A DNA stretch of 64,000 nucleotides, from the NCBI GenBank assembly GCA_046050355.1, contig JBJOPW010000002.1, positions 62,028 to 126,027 on the forward strand, written 5' to 3'. This document shows positions 10,185-19,021 of this stretch, piece by piece; within the stretch, counting starts at the first letter, position 1; each line of letters starts with the position of its first letter. Source of the stretch: Candidatus Parcubacteria bacterium. GTDB taxonomy: Bacteria; Patescibacteriota; Minisyncoccia; Phycocordibacterales; UBA918. Under the pieces are notes generated by a model that was not told the DNA's origin, made no database searches, and was given only the letters and a program-made list of their open reading frames with translations. The position numbers were made by a program, and so were the translations under genes.

Positions 10185-10427
10185 ATGACACGAAAGCAGA
10201 AAGTATTAGAACAATTTCTGGCAGATCCAGTCCGCTGTTCACTGTCTGAGATTGAACAAATATTGTTGACTCATGATTGCATGCGGATTACTGCCAAAGG
10301 CAGTCATGTGAAATGGAAACATTACAATCTGTCCCGAGACCTTGTTATTCCAGTACACCAAAACGACTGTAAAAATTTTTACAAAAAAGAAGCGCTGAAG
10401 TTTATAAAAGAAATTCGTAACACCTAG
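10185..10427 (+). CDS. hicA: HicA-family toxin (mRNA interferase)
   Basis: 80 aa, basic, KGSHVKW...LVIPVH motif. Confidence 0.82.
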   Translation: MTRKQKVLEQFLADPVRCSLSEIEQILLTHDCMRITAKGSHVKWKHYNLSRDLVIPVHQNDCKNFYKKEALKFIKEIRNT

Positions 10428-10431
10428 AACC

Positions 10432-10749
10432 ATGACTACCGCCACTATAACTGTCCAAAACAAAAAGTATGAATATACCCTTGCTCCCGTAAGGGGGACG
10501 GGTGACGTTGTGCGTTTTGTCTGCAAAGCGGCCAAGATTGATCAAGAGTTTCTCGCTGAGGATATTCCAGCGCTTATATTTGACCTTCCCGCCCTTATTG
10601 TGGCCGAAAAGAAACATAATGCCAGTCAATCTGAGGTGGTGCGTTTCCGCGTATCCTCCGTCGATAAGAAAAAAATTGAACAAAAAGCCATTGCTAAAGG
10701 TTATGATTCAGTTTCTGATTACTTGCGCGCTGTTGCTGTAGCACCTTAG
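10432..10749 (+). CDS. Putative antitoxin with C-terminal ribbon-helix-helix domain
   Basis: Directly follows hicA. VRFRVS..DKKKIE..A...GY.SVSDYLR resembles an RHH domain. Confidence 0.7.
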   Translation: MTTATITVQNKKYEYTLAPVRGTGDVVRFVCKAAKIDQEFLAEDIPALIFDLPALIVAEKKHNASQSEVVRFRVSSVDKKKIEQKAIAKGYDSVSDYLRAVAVAP

Positions 10750-10868
10750 TGTAATGTTGCAAAATAGCGGTTTTCTTGTATACTGAGCCTCGCTTCTAAA
10801 AGCTAGTCGCTCGTGGCTATGGAAAACACGGCGGGTAGCGCACACGTTAATTATTTCAACAAAACATC

Positions 10869-11297
10869 ATGGCAAAGAAACTTGTAAAGAAGATCAAGGT
10901 TCAGTCAGTGGGTGGTAAGGCAACGCCAGCTCCACCACTCGGACCAGTACTCGGTCAGGCCGGTATTAATATCGGTGAGTTCGTCAATCAGTTCAATGAA
11001 CAGACTCGTGGCGAGCGCATGGGTGAAGTAGTCCCAATCGAAATCTCAGTCTACGATGACCGTTCGTTTACGTTTATCCTCAAGACCTCACCAGCGTCAC
11101 GCCTCATCTTGAAGAAGATGGGTAAGGATAAAGGTTCGCAAAAGCCAGGTATTCAGAGTGGTGGAACTATTACCAAGGCGCAGATTCGCGAGATTGCCGA
11201 AATCAAGGCCGTTGATCTCACTGCCGCTTCAGTTGAAGCTGCGATGAAGAGTATTGAAGGTACAGCTCGATCAATGGGCGTAAAAGTCGTTGACTAG
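10869..11297 (+). CDS. rplK: 50S ribosomal protein L11
   Basis: ATPAPPLGPVLGQ and GTARSMGV motifs. Confidence 0.98.
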   Translation: MAKKLVKKIKVQSVGGKATPAPPLGPVLGQAGINIGEFVNQFNEQTRGERMGEVVPIEISVYDDRSFTFILKTSPASRLILKKMGKDKGSQKPGIQSGGTITKAQIREIAEIKAVDLTAASVEAAMKSIEGTARSMGVKVVD

Positions 11298-11314
11298 TCT
11301 CATTCCTTAAACTA

Positions 11315-11348
11315 ACAAAAGACCGGCACATTTGTGTCGGTTTTTTGT
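11315..11348 (+). terminator. Terminator directly after rplK
   Basis: accggcaca/tgtgtcggt stem followed by a T-run. Confidence 0.75.
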
Positions 11349-11484
11349 ATTTGCGGTTGACGCATCCCCTCAGCTGTCCTCTCGTGTCCTGATCTTGAGG
11401 GTCTCTGTAAGAAATGGGGAAGTGAGGCGTCAAAGGGTTTGGAGCCCCAATAATGGGGTGTGTAAAAATGAAAGAGAGGCAGTC

Positions 11485-11889
11485 ATGCTAGATCAACTGT
11501 TGGCCATCAAGAAGCCGGAACTTGTCATCGTTGTTCACGATCTCGTTCCCGGTCCGTCACCTTTTTCGCGTCCTTCGCCGCGAAGTGTTTCGGCAGCGGT
11601 TGCAGACCAGCCTTCTATCTGGGGTGTTGCCAAGCGTGTGCAGATGTTGCTGGTTCCTCCGAGCGATCGAGTAACCGGTTCGTTCACCGTCCACGAGTCT
11701 CGGCGTGTCGAAGTGAATGGTGCTGACCGATTCTACTTCATGGTCAGTGGTCACAATTTCAGCTTTCACGAACGACTGCCGAGGCAGTTCTTCCAACCAG
11801 GTTCAGCAGCTGCCATGTTTGGACCCACCGACGGTCCAATCGTCGAAGAGATGATCCAAAAGTTCCTCGATGAGTTGCGACAGAAGTAA
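11485..11889 (+). CDS. Hypothetical orphan protein
   Basis: ATG at 11485 with GAGAGG SD, downstream hairpin, no motif. Confidence 0.55.
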   Translation: MLDQLLAIKKPELVIVVHDLVPGPSPFSRPSPRSVSAAVADQPSIWGVAKRVQMLLVPPSDRVTGSFTVHESRRVEVNGADRFYFMVSGHNFSFHERLPRQFFQPGSAAAMFGPTDGPIVEEMIQKFLDELRQK

Positions 11890-11963
11890 GTCGCCAGCCA
11901 AGGTCAGCATCGCTGACCAATCCACCCGTCCGGTTCTGTGTATCCGGGCGGTTTTGCAATCAG

Positions 11964-12479
11964 TTAATTTAGGCGTTTAAAATCAACCCACTCAAAGTTG
12001 ATACCGTCATGCGTCTGCATCTCACTGGTATGTACGGGCGTAAAGCTGGTAGCAAAATCAGGGAAGATGGTATCGCCTGGTGTATCGTCATGAAAAAAGG
12101 TGAGATGGAGGAAGTCGGTGTAGGGGAGTGCCAGGCGATAGAGCTCAGCGCCACCACCGATGTGGATCTCGGACGGATTCTCCTCCGCTGCCAAGGCAAA
12201 AGCCGTTTCCAAATCATTGGCGACGAGCACACCTTGGGGCGCCGGATATGTTGTGTCTCTCGTGACCACAATGTTCGTCCGTCCTGGTAGTGGTTTGCCG
12301 AGAATTGCCACTATCGATTCAAAGGTCTTCCGACCCATAATCACCGGCTTGCCGAGGGTGAGTTCCTTAAACCGCTTCATATCAGCTGGTACATGCCACA
12401 AAAGACCATTGTCTTGGCCAATAGCGCGGGTGCTTTTGCCCATACTGGCTACAATAACGATAGGGATATTTCTATACAT
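11964..12479 (-). CDS. folA: Dihydrofolate reductase
   Basis: IG.DNGLLW, DMKRFK, MGRKTFESI, PLPGRTNIV, IGGGAELY. Confidence 0.95.
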   Translation of the reverse strand: MYRNIPIVIVASMGKSTRAIGQDNGLLWHVPADMKRFKELTLGKPVIMGRKTFESIVAILGKPLPGRTNIVVTRDTTYPAPQGVLVANDLETAFALAAEENPSEIHIGGGAELYRLALPYTDFLHLTFFHDDTPGDTIFPDFATSFTPVHTSEMQTHDGINFEWVDFKRLN

Positions 12480-12576
12480 AATACTATTATGACATGTTCA
12501 AAGGCGGCTGTCTTTTGGTGGTCTTTGTTGCGTAATGGTACACTTATGGTCACTAATCACTAAGAACTACAAACTT

Positions 12577-13251
12577 ATGGCTCATTATGAAATCGAAATT
12601 AAGAGTTTGCTTGGTACACCGGAGCGTGCAGCTGAGATTAAATCAAAAATGGCGACCGCTGACCCAAGTTTAAAACTCACTTCAGAAAACACCCAGCTCA
12701 ATCACTATTTTGAAGGTGGCGATATAAAAGTGCTGGCTTCCAGTGTCGAACACCTATTTTTAGTCGATATATTTGCTAAACTGACGAAGATTGTTTCTAT
12801 TGGCAAAAACTTCTCTGTCCGGACACGGCAACGAGACGAGGAAGTCCTGTTGGTGATAAAAGCTTCGATTGATTCAGGTACAAGTGAGAATACAGTTTCG
12901 CGGTTAGAGTTTGAGGAACCAGTTGTATTGAGTCTCGAGGAACTAGACGTTTTGGTCTTATCTGCCGGCTACACGTATCAAGCTAAATGGTCTCGCACTC
13001 GCGAAGAATATGCATACAAAGGGATCAATGTCTGTTTCGATAAAAATGCTGGTTATGGATATGTGGCTGAATTTGAGAAAATTCTCCACGATGAATCAGA
13101 ACTGTCAGCTGCACGTCAAGAACTTGATGAGCTAATGGGTGAGTTGGGAGTAGAAGAGTTATCGCAAGAGCGTTTGGCACGAATGTTTGCTCACTATAAT
13201 ACTAACTGGTCTCAGTACTACGGAACTGATAAAATATTTATCATAGAATAA
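12577..13251 (+). CDS. CYTH / triphosphate tunnel metalloenzyme domain protein
   Basis: N-terminal EIEIK, plus RTRQR, RLEFE, REEY and AEFE motifs. Confidence 0.8.
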   Translation: MAHYEIEIKSLLGTPERAAEIKSKMATADPSLKLTSENTQLNHYFEGGDIKVLASSVEHLFLVDIFAKLTKIVSIGKNFSVRTRQRDEEVLLVIKASIDSGTSENTVSRLEFEEPVVLSLEELDVLVLSAGYTYQAKWSRTREEYAYKGINVCFDKNAGYGYVAEFEKILHDESELSAARQELDELMGELGVEELSQERLARMFAHYNTNWSQYYGTDKIFIIE

Positions 13252-13259
13252 TTCGTTAT

Positions 13260-13820
13260 ATGTTTCTGTCAGATAAAGATATTTTAGCGGAGGTTAAGGC
13301 TGGTAATATTACCCTCGAACCATTTGTGCAAAAACAATTACAACCGGCTACCTACGATATTCGGTTAGGTAATACATTTATTGTCAATGATGCTCACTCA
13401 ACTAAAGCCATCGATCCTGTTAAAGGAATTTTTCCTAAGACACAAACAATTGAGGTAGCTGATGGTGGTGAGTTTGTACTTCATCCCGGAGTGAGTATCC
13501 TTGGCTACTCAAAAGAACGGTTTGGTTCCGATAGCTATTTGATTGAAGTAAATGGTAAGTCGAGCCTTGCGCGCATTGGTCTTATCGTTCACAACTCAGC
13601 TAGTATCGTAAACCCAGGTCATTATCTACAAATCGCCCTTGAGCTTTGCAATCTCAACAATGTGCCAATCATTCTTCGACCTGGAATGCTTATCGCTCAA
13701 CTCTCGTTTTCAACTCTCAGTTCACACACGAATAAGACCTACGGTGAGACAGGTCGCTATCACGAAAACAACATTGTAGGGTATGTTCCACCGAAGACAA
13801 AGAAGTCGACCAAAAAATAG
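13260..13820 (+). CDS. dcd: dCTP deaminase (divergent)
   Basis: LSDKDI, QPATYDIRLG, GKSSLARIGL and LEL.N. The IDPG motif appears as VNPGH. Confidence 0.88.
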   Translation: MFLSDKDILAEVKAGNITLEPFVQKQLQPATYDIRLGNTFIVNDAHSTKAIDPVKGIFPKTQTIEVADGGEFVLHPGVSILGYSKERFGSDSYLIEVNGKSSLARIGLIVHNSASIVNPGHYLQIALELCNLNNVPIILRPGMLIAQLSFSTLSSHTNKTYGETGRYHENNIVGYVPPKTKKSTKK

Positions 13821-13846
13821 TAGCACTTTAAATACATTATTATATT

Positions 13847-14860
13847 ATGTCAACCAAACACCCAGAGTACCAATACCTTGATCTGTGTCGGGATATTTTA
13901 GAAAATGGAGCTGATAAAGAGTTGTTTTTCAATCAAGTCGTATTGGATGAATACAAAACTAAGGGCGAGGAACCTCCGTTTATTCGTTCAGTTTTTGGAA
14001 GACAAATCCGTTTTGATTTATCTAAAGGTTTTCCATTGTTAACTACTAAAAGAACTTTTTGGCGTGGGATTACTACAGAACTTATTTGGTTTCTGAGTGG
14101 CAGTTCAAATATCCGACCGCTACTTGAGGTCAATAATCATATCTGGGATGAATGGGCATGGAAAATGTATCATATGTGGGCTTTGGAACACGCTCCAAAT
14201 GAAGATTTATCACAAGAAGATTTTATTCAAAAATTAACTGATTTACCAGCCGATGATCCATTTGTACAGAGATGGGGAGATCTCATTACAATTTATGGTC
14301 GCATGTGGCGTCGTTGGCCAGCAAAAGACGGACGTGAGATAGATCAGCTGGCGTGGGTAATTGAAGGGCTAAAGAAAAAGCCCGATCGAAAATCTTATGT
14401 CGTGAGCGCTTGGAACCCCGACTTCATTTATGAAATGGCATCTGAGGGGCAGAAATCTCACGTACCGCCGTTCTGCCACACCATGTTTCAGTTTCAGGTT
14501 GCAGATGGAAAATTAAATCTCGGACTGTATCAACGGTCGGCCGACTTATTCCTTGGTGTGCCATTTAATATTGCCAGTTATGCCTTATTACTTGAAATGG
14601 TTGCTCAAATTGTAAATATTCCAGCTGGAGAGTTCGTACATACTTTCGGTGATGTTCATATTTACAGTAATCATTTTGATCAAGTAAAAGAGCAGCTTAC
14701 TCGTGAACCGTATAAGTTTCCAACCTTGTCACTTAATAAGAGTGTAACTAATATTGATGATTTCAAACTTGACGATATCATCCTCAATGATTATCAAGCA
14801 CACCCGTTGCTTAAGGGCGAAATAGCTAATATTGGTGGTTTTGACGAAAAGAAGAAATAA
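13847..14860 (+). CDS. thyA: Thymidylate synthase ThyA (divergent)
   Basis: FDLSKGFPLLTTK, catalytic PFCH, YQRSADLFLGVPFN, DVHIYSNH. Confidence 0.9.
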   Translation: MSTKHPEYQYLDLCRDILENGADKELFFNQVVLDEYKTKGEEPPFIRSVFGRQIRFDLSKGFPLLTTKRTFWRGITTELIWFLSGSSNIRPLLEVNNHIWDEWAWKMYHMWALEHAPNEDLSQEDFIQKLTDLPADDPFVQRWGDLITIYGRMWRRWPAKDGREIDQLAWVIEGLKKKPDRKSYVVSAWNPDFIYEMASEGQKSHVPPFCHTMFQFQVADGKLNLGLYQRSADLFLGVPFNIASYALLLEMVAQIVNIPAGEFVHTFGDVHIYSNHFDQVKEQLTREPYKFPTLSLNKSVTNIDDFKLDDIILNDYQAHPLLKGEIANIGGFDEKKK

Positions 14861-14871
14861 TTCGAATCAGT

Positions 14872-15558
14872 ATGGAAAAAGCAAAATTAATTGTGGTCGA
14901 CGGCGGAGCCAATATTGGTAAGGCGACGCAGGCCGATATGCTCATGAATCGTCTTATCAATGAGGGGTACCAGGTCGGAAAGATGGATTTCCCACGTTAC
15001 AACCAAAACACTATCGGACACTTCATTAACGAGTTTATTGATAGTGATAGTCCGTCGCTCGCAACCTTGCCACCAAAGTGTTTTGCTGTTCTCTTTGCGG
15101 CTGACCGCTACGAATCAAAAAAGCAGATTGAAGAGTGGGTGGCCGAAGGTCGGGTGATTATCTTCGACCGCTATGTGAGCGCCTCGATGTTGCACCAAGG
15201 GAGCAAGATTGCCGATATCGACCAACGTGAAGAATTTCTCCGCTGGGTAGAGCATGTTGAGTACGAAATCTTTGGGATGCCACGACCGGATTTGACCGTC
15301 TATCTTGATGTGCCGCCAAACGAAAGCGACAAGCTCCTCGGCTATGTGGAGGAACTTGGCGTAAAAGTGGTCAATGACGAAAGTAAGGCAAAGATTGACC
15401 AAGCCAAAGTCTCAGACTGTGCCAAGTATCTTGCTGCCATCAATCACAACTGGGTGACAGTACCGTGTCTTGAGGGAGGGGAACTCCGTAACCGTGATGC
15501 GATTCACGAAGAAGTGTATACCGCAGTAAAGTCCAAATTACTCACTACACCAGCCTAA
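14872..15558 (+). CDS. tmk: Thymidylate kinase-like protein
   Basis: P-loop-like DGGANIGKATQ, FPRY, LFAADR, FDRY, PRPDLTVYLDVP. Confidence 0.82.
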   Translation: MEKAKLIVVDGGANIGKATQADMLMNRLINEGYQVGKMDFPRYNQNTIGHFINEFIDSDSPSLATLPPKCFAVLFAADRYESKKQIEEWVAEGRVIIFDRYVSASMLHQGSKIADIDQREEFLRWVEHVEYEIFGMPRPDLTVYLDVPPNESDKLLGYVEELGVKVVNDESKAKIDQAKVSDCAKYLAAINHNWVTVPCLEGGELRNRDAIHEEVYTAVKSKLLTTPA

Positions 15559-15577
15559 ATATCGGACTGGTATAGGG

Positions 15578-15949
15578 TTAGTACATTGCGGTGCGAACAC
15601 GATTCACCACCTCTTTGGGTTCGACATTGGCTTTGACAATGTAGTCTTCTGGCTTGAGCGACACCGCCTCGTAGACATTGACTGGGTCACTGAAGTTGGT
15701 GAGGTAGATGACTTTGGCCGTTCGCCCCCACTCATCTTCGCGGATTTTTTTCATGGCTTCATAGCCGTCCATGTTGGGCATGTCGATGTCCATGAGGATA
15801 ATTGATGGATGATGTTCGAGCGCCAGGGCGATAGCCTCGTTGCCGTCTTTGGCGATGATCACGTTGATACCCGCTTCGCTGAAGGCAAAGCGATACATCT
15901 CACGGAGCACCATGTCGTCGTCAACAAGTAAAATAGATTTTTGATCCAT
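15578..15949 (-). CDS. Stand-alone response regulator receiver domain
   Basis: LLVDDD, LMDIDMP and conserved T/K residues. No output domain. Confidence 0.9.
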   Translation of the reverse strand: MDQKSILLVDDDMVLREMYRFAFSEAGINVIIAKDGNEAIALALEHHPSIILMDIDMPNMDGYEAMKKIREDEWGRTAKVIYLTNFSDPVNVYEAVSLKPEDYIVKANVEPKEVVNRVRTAMY

Positions 15950-16109
15950 GTTGACAGTATAGCACTGCCGTAGGCTGGTGGGTAGCCGGCCCCTAGATTT
16001 GGCCTCACCGCCAATAATCTTGTATACTGGAGCTACTAATATTCTTTGGCTTATGATCTAAGTTTCTGCGACATTGATGAGGAGATTACTGATATTTAAT
16101 TCTTTAAAC

Positions 16110-17378
16110 ATGGAACACTATTCATTCATCAAAGCGCAGGATCCGGAATTATATGCCGCTCTTATGGGCGAAGAAGCGCGTGAAGCCCGTGGGGTAGAGC
16201 TCATCCCGAGTGAGAACTACGTCTCACGAGCGGTACTTGAGGCCAATGGCTCAGTCTTTACAAACAAATACTCAGAAGGGTATCCCGGAAAGCGTTACTA
16301 CGGCGGACAAGAGTACACTGATATCGCGGAGACGCTCGCGATTGAACGTGCTAAAGAGCTCTTTAAGGCCAAATATGCGAATGTTCAGCCACTTGGTGGT
16401 GCGGCGGCGAATGTCGCGATGTACTTTGCCCTCATGGAGCCAGGCGACACGGTCCTCGGGATGGATCTCTCACACGGCGGACACCTGACGCACGGACACC
16501 CAACCACCGCCATTAACAAAGTCTTTAACTTTGTCCGGTACAAGATGAAAGACGTTGATACGGGTGAAATTGATTACGAGGAACTCCGTCGAGTCGCCCT
16601 TGAGCACAAGCCAAAAATTATCCTCGCGGGCTTCTCAGCGTACAGTCGTGAGCTTGATTATGAAAAGTTTGTCGCAATTGCGCGGGAAGTGGGAGCGTAC
16701 ACAGTGGCTGATATGGCGCATATTGCTGGACTCATTGCTGGTGGGGTAGCCAAAAACCCATTTGATTATGGTTTTGATGTGATCACCACTACCACCCACA
16801 AGACGCTCCGTGGTCCGCGGGGAGGCATGATTCTTGTACGTGAGAGCGAAGAGATTGCGAAGAGAATCAACAAAGCGGTCTTCCCGGGGATGCAGGGAGG
16901 TCCACATATGCACATCATTGCCGCGAAAGCGGTGGCCTTTGGTGAAGCCCTCACACCAGCTTTTAAGGTGTATGCTGCCCAGATCCTCAAAAACGCCAAA
17001 GCGATGGAAGCGGTCTTCAAAGCGGAAAACATTCGCCTCCTCTGCGGCGGGACGGACAACCATCTCCTTGTCGCCGACGTATTTGGTAGTCTTGGGGTTA
17101 CCGGCCAGCAGGCAGAGACGGTCCTTGATGAGGTGGGTATTACCCTTAACAAAAATATGATTGCGGACGACACCCGTAGTGCGATGGATCCGTCTGGTAT
17201 CCGCTTTGGGACACCAGCGATGACTACCCGTGGGATGAAAGAAGGGGAAGCGACCAAGCTTGCGGAGATCATGATCACCGCCATGCGGGCTAAAGACGAT
17301 AGTGCGAAGAAAGCAGAACTCCAGAAAGAGGTACAGGCGCTGTGTGAGGCTTTCCCAGTCCCAGAGAAAATGGTTTAA
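16110..17378 (+). CDS. glyA: Serine hydroxymethyltransferase
   Basis: LIPSENY, NKYSEGYPG.RYYGG, TTTTHKTLRGPRGG. Confidence 0.98.
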   Translation: MEHYSFIKAQDPELYAALMGEEAREARGVELIPSENYVSRAVLEANGSVFTNKYSEGYPGKRYYGGQEYTDIAETLAIERAKELFKAKYANVQPLGGAAANVAMYFALMEPGDTVLGMDLSHGGHLTHGHPTTAINKVFNFVRYKMKDVDTGEIDYEELRRVALEHKPKIILAGFSAYSRELDYEKFVAIAREVGAYTVADMAHIAGLIAGGVAKNPFDYGFDVITTTTHKTLRGPRGGMILVRESEEIAKRINKAVFPGMQGGPHMHIIAAKAVAFGEALTPAFKVYAAQILKNAKAMEAVFKAENIRLLCGGTDNHLLVADVFGSLGVTGQQAETVLDEVGITLNKNMIADDTRSAMDPSGIRFGTPAMTTRGMKEGEATKLAEIMITAMRAKDDSAKKAELQKEVQALCEAFPVPEKMV

Positions 17379-17390
17379 ATCTAGTTTTGA

Positions 17391-17429
17391 AAAGCAATCG
17401 CCGGTCAATTGGCCGGCGATTGCTTTTTT
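17391..17429 (+). terminator. Terminator after glyA
   Basis: aaagcaatcgccggtc/ggccggcgattgcttt stem plus T-run. Confidence 0.75.
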
Positions 17430-17573
17430 ATTTCAAATGTGTCATAATACATCTGACGCGGAATTGCAACAACCCGTCATCTGTCCCTGTTGCACACTGC
17501 CTATGGCACCGCCCGACCGTCTCCTTTGCAGGATCGACGTCGGGCGGCTTTTTTCATCTGCTACAATATTGGT

Positions 17574-18665
17574 ATGGACGATGAGCGTGAACCATTTTTT
17601 CATCGACTGCGACGCACTATTCGACACCACTGGCTAACACTGGCCTTTGTCTGTGGGTTCATTACCGACTTCCTTCTCCTTAATCGTGTTGACGATGCAA
17701 TTGATAATGCAATTCTCTCAGCATACGTGGTGCTCGCAACTGTTTCACTTTTACTCTTTTATGCGGGGATTGCGCAGCGCTTCGGTTATGTGTGGTCACC
17801 GCGGGTACAACGGGGTGCAAGTATGGTGATGCAGTATGCGTACGGCGGTCTTTTTTCCGGCATGCTCATTTTCTACGGCAAGAGTGGCGCGATTCTTTCG
17901 AGTTGGCCGTTCCTGTTTCTCATCATCATTGCCATTCTCGGTAATGAGCTAATAAAGAATCGCGGGCAGCAGCTCGTCTTTAATCTCTTTGCCTACTTTG
18001 TGGGGCTATTTTCGTTTGCTGTACTCCAGGTACCGGTCCTCAGTGGACACATGGGGGGATGGGTCTTCTTCGGCTCAGGACTCTTGGCCCTCATTGGTGT
18101 TTACATTGTCATTCAACTCCTTACCTTCATTATTCCAAACTACCTCCTCCTTGAGATGCGGAAGATCGTTTTTATTATTCTCAGTACCTTTGTGATCTTT
18201 CAAGGTTTATATCTCACGAACATCATTCCGCCGATTCCACTCTCCTTAAAAGAAATAACTATCGCTCAATCAGTTGTAAAAGTGGGGAGTGACTACGAGG
18301 TCGTCTATGAACCAGCCCCGTGGTGGCAGTTCTGGGTCCGAGTACACGAGACCTTTCACCCTGCGACTGGCTCTGTCGCTTGCTTCACCCGCGTCTTTGC
18401 TCCGACCAAACTCACTACCGAAATAGAGCATGTTTGGGAGTACAAAGACCCCAAGACCGGCAAGTGGGTGCATCATTTTAGTTTACCGTTCGCAATTGTG
18501 GGTGGGGGAGATAATGGCTACCGGGGCTTCACCGCTATCTCGAGTTACCAAGATGGTACCTGGCGCTGCCGGGTGACCACGAAGCGGGGGCAAGTTATTG
18601 GCCAGCAGGTCTTTACGATTGATTCGAGTACTAAGCCAACCCGTACCGAGCGGAGGGTTGAATAA
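17574..18665 (+). CDS. Multi-TM membrane protein with C-terminal DUF2914-like Ig domain
   Basis: About 8 TM segments, then VFAP.L.T.I.H.W...GYRG...GTWRCRV. Confidence 0.75.
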   Translation: MDDEREPFFHRLRRTIRHHWLTLAFVCGFITDFLLLNRVDDAIDNAILSAYVVLATVSLLLFYAGIAQRFGYVWSPRVQRGASMVMQYAYGGLFSGMLIFYGKSGAILSSWPFLFLIIIAILGNELIKNRGQQLVFNLFAYFVGLFSFAVLQVPVLSGHMGGWVFFGSGLLALIGVYIVIQLLTFIIPNYLLLEMRKIVFIILSTFVIFQGLYLTNIIPPIPLSLKEITIAQSVVKVGSDYEVVYEPAPWWQFWVRVHETFHPATGSVACFTRVFAPTKLTTEIEHVWEYKDPKTGKWVHHFSLPFAIVGGGDNGYRGFTAISSYQDGTWRCRVTTKRGQVIGQQVFTIDSSTKPTRTERRVE

Positions 18666-18735
18666 ATTATAATAGTGTGGTATGGTTCTTGTCCGCTAAC
18701 AGGGCGGAAGTACCAAAAAAGAGGGACTAACTTTA

Positions 18736-18918
18736 ATGCAAAGCAGTCAAGATACCACCCGAATGCCGCGTCGCATTTCGAACATGATGGCGAATGCTAT
18801 CGTGGGCTCGGCAAAAGCGTTCAAAGGGCGCGAAGCCGTTGGACGGGGCGGAAAGCCGTTCAAGAAACCCGGCCAGGTCAAGGTGGTGAAGAAAACCAAA
18901 AGGGGACAGATCCAATAA
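18736..18918 (+). CDS. Small basic hypothetical protein
   Basis: GAGGGA SD, 60 aa rich in K/R/G, downstream hairpin and T-run. Confidence 0.45.
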   Translation: MQSSQDTTRMPRRISNMMANAIVGSAKAFKGREAVGRGGKPFKKPGQVKVVKKTKRGQIQ

Positions 18919-19021
18919 GAGGCAAGAGCAGGGAGCGGCCAAGCTGGCCCTCCCGACTCATCCATATACGCACGACCGTCCGGTCGGGCGTTTTTTCATT
19001 TTTCTGCTATAGTGTGCCCAT

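Noticed and set aside
16030-16109. Possible riboswitch upstream of glyA
   Set aside because: Only a GTTTCT fragment. No complete purine, ZTP, THF or glycine aptamer could be traced.
16635-17408. 257-aa and 172-aa minus-strand ORFs
   Set aside because: Shadows of glyA.
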